A DNA stretch of 64,000 nucleotides from Macrostomum lignano (taxonomy: Eukaryota), in assembly GCA_002269645.1 (NCBI GenBank), contig NIVC01000326.1, positions 310,001 to 374,000 of the forward strand. Direction: 5' to 3'. Both the position numbers and the translations under genes were made by a program. A model generated the notes under the pieces. It was given only the letters and a program-made list of their open reading frames with translations. It did not search any database and was not told the origin of the DNA. The first letter of the stretch is position 1. Each line of letters begins with the position of its first letter. Below are positions 57,113-64,000 of this stretch, piece after piece.

Positions 57113-57571
57113 ATGCAGCAGCCGGACGGAAACCTGCCTGCGGCGTGCCCGCTGCACACGCAGCAGCAGCTTCAGCTACAGTCGCGTCAGCAGCCGAGAC
57201 GGCACCCATCGCAGCAGCATCAGCAGCTGCAGCGTCAGCAAATCCCCCTGCGTCACCGGCTGTATCACCTGGGCTCGCTCAGCCTCTTCATTTTAGGCCT
57301 GTGCGGCTTCATCGCTGCATCGCTGAGCCTGTCAGTTTACCTGGGCGAGGCCACGGCTGCGGATGTCGCGGCGAAGAACCGGAAGCTACAGGCAGCAGCG
57401 GAAACTCCAAAGCCACAGCCGCCGCTGCAGCCAAACCGAGGACTCCTGATCGGCGGGGCGGTGGGCCTGGCCGTCAGCTTCGGGCTGCTGCTGGCCGGCA
57501 GCGTCTGCTGCGCCGTGGCCAAGCGGCAGTCAATGTCGGCCAGCTATGGCGCGGCGCTGAGGCTGACCTAA
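57113..57571 (+). CDS. Small two-transmembrane protein, single exon, unknown family
   Basis: GC-rich open frame from ATG 57113 (the frame is open from 56975). It has two hydrophobic segments, LYHLGSLSLFILGLCGFIAASLSLSVYLG and GLLIGGAVGLAVSFGLLLAGSVCCAV, and a Gln-rich N-terminus. CCAAT boxes lie at ~56875 and ~56929, and AATAAA at ~58095. Confidence 0.6.
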   Translation: MQQPDGNLPAACPLHTQQQLQLQSRQQPRRHPSQQHQQLQRQQIPLRHRLYHLGSLSLFILGLCGFIAASLSLSVYLGEATAADVAAKNRKLQAAAETPKPQPPLQPNRGLLIGGAVGLAVSFGLLLAGSVCCAVAKRQSMSASYGAALRLT

Positions 57572-58737
57572 CGGTCCGCAGCGGTCAGACTGGGCTTGGT
57601 CTTCAGGGTGCAGCAGAACACAGCGCCGGAGTCTGTAGCGGAACCTGCTTAGACGGCGCCTGGCACCCCAAGCGCCATGGACACTTCGTCGCTTCCTTTG
57701 CTTGTCCCCTAAGCTGGGATTTGAGCTCGGATAATGTATAGATATTATCCAAGAATAGAATTCAGCTTTCCACTGGACACTGCTCAAGCTGAACTGCGCC
57801 ATCAACCAAATTTGCCATGGCTGAATTCCATAGCTGACCATTCTGTGACTTTTCTCTGGCACACAGACTGCTATGCACACAGACTGCAAGGCAATGCAAA
57901 GTCGAATATTTTATTGAACTGATGCACTGCGCTAACATGCATAGCAACTCAATTCTGGTGAAAACTGGTGCCAAAACGCTTGCTTTGTAAATAAGTCCGC
58001 ATTGACGTCCGCATTTCTCTCGCTTGGAGGCAAGTCCAGCATAGCATAATTTGTTTAACTAGCTTGTGTATTGGTGTTCGTTTTTGGTTCATAAATAAAT
58101 GTGTTCCAATTTCAACCAAGGACCTCTATATGGTAGAAACCGGATGCAAGACAGCTCCAAGTCTTCCAAGTTTTCAACATACTCGTAGTCCAACAACTTT
58201 ATCAGCAGCTGCGATGTCCGAAGACTAATCTGAACCAACTGCACATTGGTTTGAACAATCTGACGGTAATGTTAACCGGTCTTAAAGGGCTCAGTGGTGT
58301 GACGAAATCTCCTTAATCTTTATTTTCTTCACTGATTTTCCGCTAAGATTGTTTTAGTAAACTTTCAAACTATTGTAGAAATCATGCGAAAAATGCACGA
58401 AGGAGTTACCAGTTTGTTTAAAACTGCTAATAAATAGGTCACTATAAATCTATCCAACCTATTTGCGTTGCATCCTTGATCGTTTTAAAAAAGTCCCATT
58501 TTCACCGCCTGATTGAAACATTGCGCATGTGGTCCGGGGCTTGGCGAGTAAGCTGCTTCCGAGCACCGAGTACTGAGCTGTGCAGCTTCTTTTTTTAATC
58601 TTCAACTTCGCTGGAGAAAAGTCACTTTTTGAAAGTTGATTACCTGTCTTTTCTAGGAAAGAAAATCGTGCATTTTGCTTTCAATGTTTCAGTTCCGTTG
58701 ACATTAAAACTTGGCACTTCAGTTGCGAATTGTTGAG

Positions 58738-59005
58738 TACTGAGTAACCCGGGGTACCGAGTACCGAGTACTGAGTACTAAGTATACCGAGTACCGAGTA
58801 TCCCGAGTACCGAGTATCCCGAGTACCGAGTATCCCGAGTACCGAGTATCCCGAGTACCGAGTATCCCGAGTACCGAGTATCCCGAGTACCGAGTATCCC
58901 GAGTACCGAGTACTGAGTATCCCGAGTACCGAGTACTGAGTATCCCGAGTACCGAGTACCGAGTATCCCGAGTACCGAGTACCGAGTATCCCGAGTACCG
59001 AGTAC
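58738..59005. repeat. GTACCGAGTATCCCGA 7/16-bp minisatellite
   Basis: Direct reading. It ends in cccagccctgcacggccct, resembling a short-element terminus. Confidence 0.9.
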
Positions 59006-60839
59006 TCGCCCAGCCCTGCACGGCCCTCAATACAACAAGCTGTACACAGAAAGTAATAACAGCAGTTTTTCGTTGTCTTCTAGGGGGGCGCAGAAGTGCA
59101 GCGCGGGCTGAGGATCCTTTGCTGCCCTCATTGCCAATTTCGCCTATTTTTATTACGGTTCAACCCTTCTCTGCTCCCTCACTGCTCAAGCATGATACCC
59201 AATCTCTTGGGTCCTTTCTTCTCCATACTTTCGGGTTATCCGAAAATCAGATTTGGCCCGCATGCTCAAGGAGTTGCCCTCTACCCCCCAGGATCCATCC
59301 CACACTCTTCTTGCACCCGGTGGGAGAGCCATGAGTTGGAGAATGCGAGCTGTAGCCGCGGGGCTGGGCTGCATTGCAAGGTGTCCGCTCTCGCGCCTTA
59401 TTAGGCATGAAGTGAGCTGCACTTATTCTCCCCTGGAGGATAACAGAGAGGAGGAGAGGGGAGACCGGATGCTGTTGAAGCAGCCACGTGATAGCGCGAC
59501 GGCCTCTCTGAATCTGCCTCTGACTAAAAGCAGCGATTTGACTACACATATCGAGTCCCAAACCACCGGGACTGAAATGAAGTCCACGTAAGCCAATCAA
59601 TCTGTACTCAATCTGGGTTACACACTTCTATATGACACCTGCTGGGTAGTCAGCCAAACCACATATGCAAAATCTCTTGAAAGATATCACATGCTGCTCC
59701 AAATTTCGGATAGAAACAACGATTGGGGCTTCATCCCTGTGTGAGCGCTTTTTTGTTTTAATTATTGAAAATCCAAGTTTTTGTTTAAAAAAAACTATAA
59801 TTAAAGAAACAGTTAGACAAAGCTCAACCTGTTATTGATTAGTGCAGATTTAGTGAGTGCTGCAGCAGTACTCAGACGTGCGCTCAGTGACGTCTGACTT
59901 GTTTAATATTTACTTATTCCTGCCTGCCAACTGTGAGATCAAATCAATAAAAGGCAAAGATTGGGATCGGGAGAATATGAAGCGTGACTCCGCCTAACTT
60001 ATGAAGCCCGGGCAGCTGGACAGAATAATCGCAGTTTTCAATTTCCTAAAAGTTTCTGTTGTTTGCCGGACTCGCCGATCCCGCAGCCGGAAGCACTTTC
60101 TGGGCGCGCCTTCTCACCCGAAAGAGTCCGGCCCGTCTCCTCGGAGTTTTGTCACTTCCGGAAATCGGGGAAATTCTTGCGAGAAAAAAATTTCCCCAAG
60201 GGTCCGAGTAGGGGATATGGGAAACAATCTCAGTCAATGTTTGGTTTGGGAAGATTTTGGAGTTTTTTGCCACGCCCCGAAGCCCGCGAGCTTCTTCTCG
60301 TTTCGGCTCCCCTGAGAACTGCTCGGGCTGGTATTTTTAGCCCCGTCAGTCGAAGTTTTATTACTTAATAAAAATCCCTGCAGACACTGCATGCAGGCAA
60401 GGACTATTTTTAGTGATAGTGTGCCGGGGCAAGCAGTTCAGGACCTAAATGGTCCACCCCCTTCCCTACCGTTGATGCTGAGCTGGGCTGCTGTTTGAGT
60501 TCAAATCAGCTATTCATTGAGACGCAATAAATTATATGGCGGAATGCATAAATTCCAGTTAGCGCATATTGCCAGCGCGGGGGTGGCTATTTTTACACAC
60601 CAAACTTCCAAGTTTGATCGCAGGAGCAGGGCTTGTACCCCTGGCAAAAGCAGAAATGGAGCTCATGGCTTGTGCCATTTTAATTTAATGACGTCTGGCC
60701 TGACAGGGCCGTGCTGGCTGGTCCATGCTCAGCTCCAATAACTCAGGGGATTACTCATCTATCTAATGGATAAGTACGCACCATGGATGGCTAATCTAAC
60801 CAGTAAAAATAAAAAGTGCATGAAGAGGCAATAAACGCT

Positions 60840-60990
60840 TGTGACACTCGCACCACGACCCCTGATTCGAATCCATTCATCCGGACCTGGTTGCACTCTC
60901 TTCGGGCTGGTGCACCAAAAAAGGTCGGGTGATTGTCGTGCGATCCACAGTCATGAGGGCCAACCCCTAAGGCGCAGAGGGAGATGCTAA
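60840..60990 (+). mobile_element. SINE-like element (copy 2) with a long internal hairpin
   Basis: B-box-like GATTCGAATCC at ~60865. The 3' segment cacagtcatgagggccaacccctaaggcgcag matches 9329-9362. Confidence 0.45.
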
Positions 60991-61834
60991 AGACATGCTA
61001 AAGACTTAGAAAAATATCCTAAAGACTCATTCAAATGCTAAAAGTGCATGCACAGGCATGAATATAAATCAATATAGATCGAAATTCCGGTGACTGGAGG
61101 GGTGCGGTTTGGAGGCCAAAAAACAGCCATAACTTCCCAGCTTTATTGACACTTCTTGTAAGGCAATAAATCTGGATCCTCTTTCCCTGCAAGCGTTGAA
61201 GGCCAGTGGCAAGACAGAATCAAATGTACTTATAGCCTGCACTCGCATTAATTCAGTTGAGAAAAATACGTCGAAACGTGGCCGAGTGCAGTTCTGTGAC
61301 GGATGGGGAGTCTCCAACTGGCTGGATTCATTGTCTATGGCCGAGTGCAGTTCTGTGGCGGATGGGGAGATGAACTCTAGGAAGAATAAGAAGAATGATA
61401 GATCAAGAATAGGATGGATTGCTAGTCTAGTCGTTACGCCAGGTAGATACCGGTTAATCTTTAACTGTTTCGGTATTGGGAACTGCAAATGTGGTAAACA
61501 TTGCAATTGTTGACTCTGCTCAACTGTCACTCCGCATCCTGGAGTGGATAAGTGTGCTCAAGACCAGCATTGAGTGCTCAAGCTCAGCGGGCTACAATAG
61601 GGCCTCCTATTTACTCAAAGAAAACAAGAAAACTCCATTTTGTACTCACGAGTCAGCCTGGATACTCTCTGTGGAAGTTGGGTGAAGTCGGTTTTCTCCA
61701 ACTGTCAAACTTGTTGGTGCAGGCAGCCGAGCTGTAAAGCTGTCAGCTGCCACAACCGACTCTTTCAGAACGCGACGCCCACATGTCCTGTTCGGCATAA
61801 GTACTGCTTTTGAGACACCAAAATCATCAGCTGT

Positions 61835-64000
61835 TAGACACAGCCATGATTCTCTGTTAGACACGACATTAAACAGCTGTTAGACATGACATTAAGCAAC
61901 TGTTAGACACGACATTAAGCAACTGTTAGACACTACATTAAGCAACTGTTAGACACTAAATTAAGCTACTGTTAGACACGACATTAAAAAAACTGTTAGA
62001 CACGACATTAAGCAACTGTTAGACACGACATTAAAGCAACTGTTAGACACGACATTAAGCAACTGTTAGACACGACATTAAGCAACTGTTAGACACGACA
62101 TTAAGCAACTGTTAGACACGACATTAAGCAACTGTTAGACACGACATTAAAGCAACTGTTAGACACGACATTAAGCAACTGTTAGACACTACATTAAGCA
62201 ACTGTTAGACACGACATTAAGCAACTGTTAGACACTACATTAAGCAACTGTTAGACACGACATTAAAGCAACTGTTAGACACGACATTAAGCAACTGTTA
62301 GACACGACATTAAAGCAACTGTTAGACACTACATTAAGCAACTGTTAGACACGACATTAAGCAACTGTTAGACACGACATTAAGCAACTGTTAGACACGA
62401 CATTAAGCAACTGTTAGACACGACATTAAAGCAACTGTTAGACACGACATTAAGCAACTGTTAGACACTACATTAAGCAACTGTTAGACACGACATTAAG
62501 CAACTGTTAGACACGACATTAAGCAACTGTTAGACACGACATTAAAGCAACTGTTAGACACGACATTAAAGCAACTGTTAGACACTACATTAAGCAACTG
62601 TTAGACACGACATTAAAGCAACTGTTAGACACGACATTAAAGCAACTGTTAGACACGACATTAAAGCAACTGTTAGACACGACATTAAGCAACTGTTAGA
62701 CACGACATTAAGCAACTGTTAGACACGACATTAAAGCAACTGTTAGACACTACATTAAGCAACTGTTAGACACGACATTAAAGCAACTGTTAGACACGAC
62801 ATTAAGCAACTGTTAGACACGACATTAAGCAACTGTTAGACACGACATTAAGCAACTGTTAGACACGACATTAAGCAACTGTTAGACACGACATTAAAGC
62901 AACTGTTAGACACGACATTAAGCAACTGTTAGACACTACATTAAGCAACTGTTAGACACGACATTAAGCAACTGTTAGACACGACATTAAGCAACTGTTA
63001 GACACGACATTAAAGCAACTGTTAGACACGACATTAAAGCAACTGTTAGACACGACATTAAGCAACTGTTAGACACTACATTAAGCAACTGTTAGACACT
63101 ACATTAAGCAACTGTTAGACACTACATTAAGCAACTGTTAGACACGACATTAAAGCAACTGTTAGACACGACATTAAGCAACTGTTAGACACGACATTAA
63201 GCAACTGTTAGACACGACATTAAGCAACTGTTAGACACGACATTAAAGCAACTGTTAGACACGACATTAAAGCAACTGTTAGACACGACATTAAGCAACT
63301 GTTAGACACTACATTAAGCAACTGTTAGACACTACATTAAGCAACTGTTAGACACGACATTAAAGCAACTGTTAGACACTACATTAAGCAACTGTTAGAC
63401 ACGACATTAAGCAACTGTTAGACAAGAAATTAAAGCAACTGTTAGACACGACATTAAGCAACTGTTAGACACGACATTAAGCAACTGTTAGACACTACAT
63501 TAAGCAACTGTTAGACACGACATTAAGCAACTGTTAGACACGACATTAAAGCAACTGTTAGACACTACATTAAGCAACTGTTAGACACGACATTAAGCAA
63601 CTGTTAGACACGACATTAAGCAACTGTTAGACACTACATTAAGCAACTGTTAGACACGACATTAAGCAACTGTTAGACACGACATTAAAGCAACTGTTAG
63701 ACACGACATTAAGCAACTGTTAGACACGACATTAAGCAACTGTTAGACACGACATTAAGCAACTGTTAGACACTACATTAAGCAACTGTTAGACACTACA
63801 TTAAGCAACTGTTAGACACGACATTAAAGCAACTGTTAGACACGACATTAAAGCAACTGTTAGACACGACATTAAGCAACTGTTAGACACTACATTAAGC
63901 AACTGTTAGACACTACATTAAGCAACTGTTAGACACGACATTAAAGCAACTGTTAGACACTACATTAAGCAACTGTTAGACACGACATTAAGCAACTGTT
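61835..64000. repeat. 23/24-bp minisatellite, >90 copies, running off the window end
   Basis: Unit gttagacac(g/t)acattaa(a)gcaact. Confidence 0.99.

Noticed and set aside
61280-61370. 31-bp direct repeat with a 27-nt spacer (ggccgagtgcagttctgtg.cggatgggga)
   Set aside because: Only two copies exist, so it is most simply a local duplication, and the surrounding ORFs have no recognisable homology.
61835-64000. CRISPR-like array of 23-24 bp repeats
   Set aside because: The repeats are head-to-tail with no unique spacers, there are no cas genes, and the context is eukaryotic.

Overview
Eukaryotic (metazoan) genomic DNA with GC-rich exons, Ala/Gly/Pro homopolymer runs and minisatellite-filled introns. 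The style is consistent with a free-living flatworm such as Macrostomum (inference, not shown). Five spliced genes lie head-to-tail on the minus strand. In transcription order they are: an EHD/RME-1/Past1 dynamin-like ATPase (complete, 5 exons, 532 aa), polyprenol reductase SRD5A3 (4 exons, one GC-AG intron), the FHA protein SNIP1/Pml1 (no genomic ATG found), a claudin/PMP22-superfamily tetraspan (1-nt frameshift in a G run) and a C2-PDZ-PH protein resembling the RGS3 N-terminus. A small two-TM orphan ORF lies on the plus strand near 57 kb. An 11.2-kb, almost invariant 200-bp satellite sits directly upstream of EHD, and more than 25 unrelated micro- and minisatellites fill introns and spacers. 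The most notable signals are: (1) a repeat pair in which 17 of 18 CpGs of one copy are TpG/CpA/TpA in the other, plus sharply bounded CpG-free domains, indicating local methylation-driven decay in an otherwise CpG-rich genome; (2) SNIP1 possibly receiving its initiator ATG from a flatworm spliced leader; (3) the homogeneous satellite with diverged sibling units at both edges. All exon boundaries and counts were made by hand.
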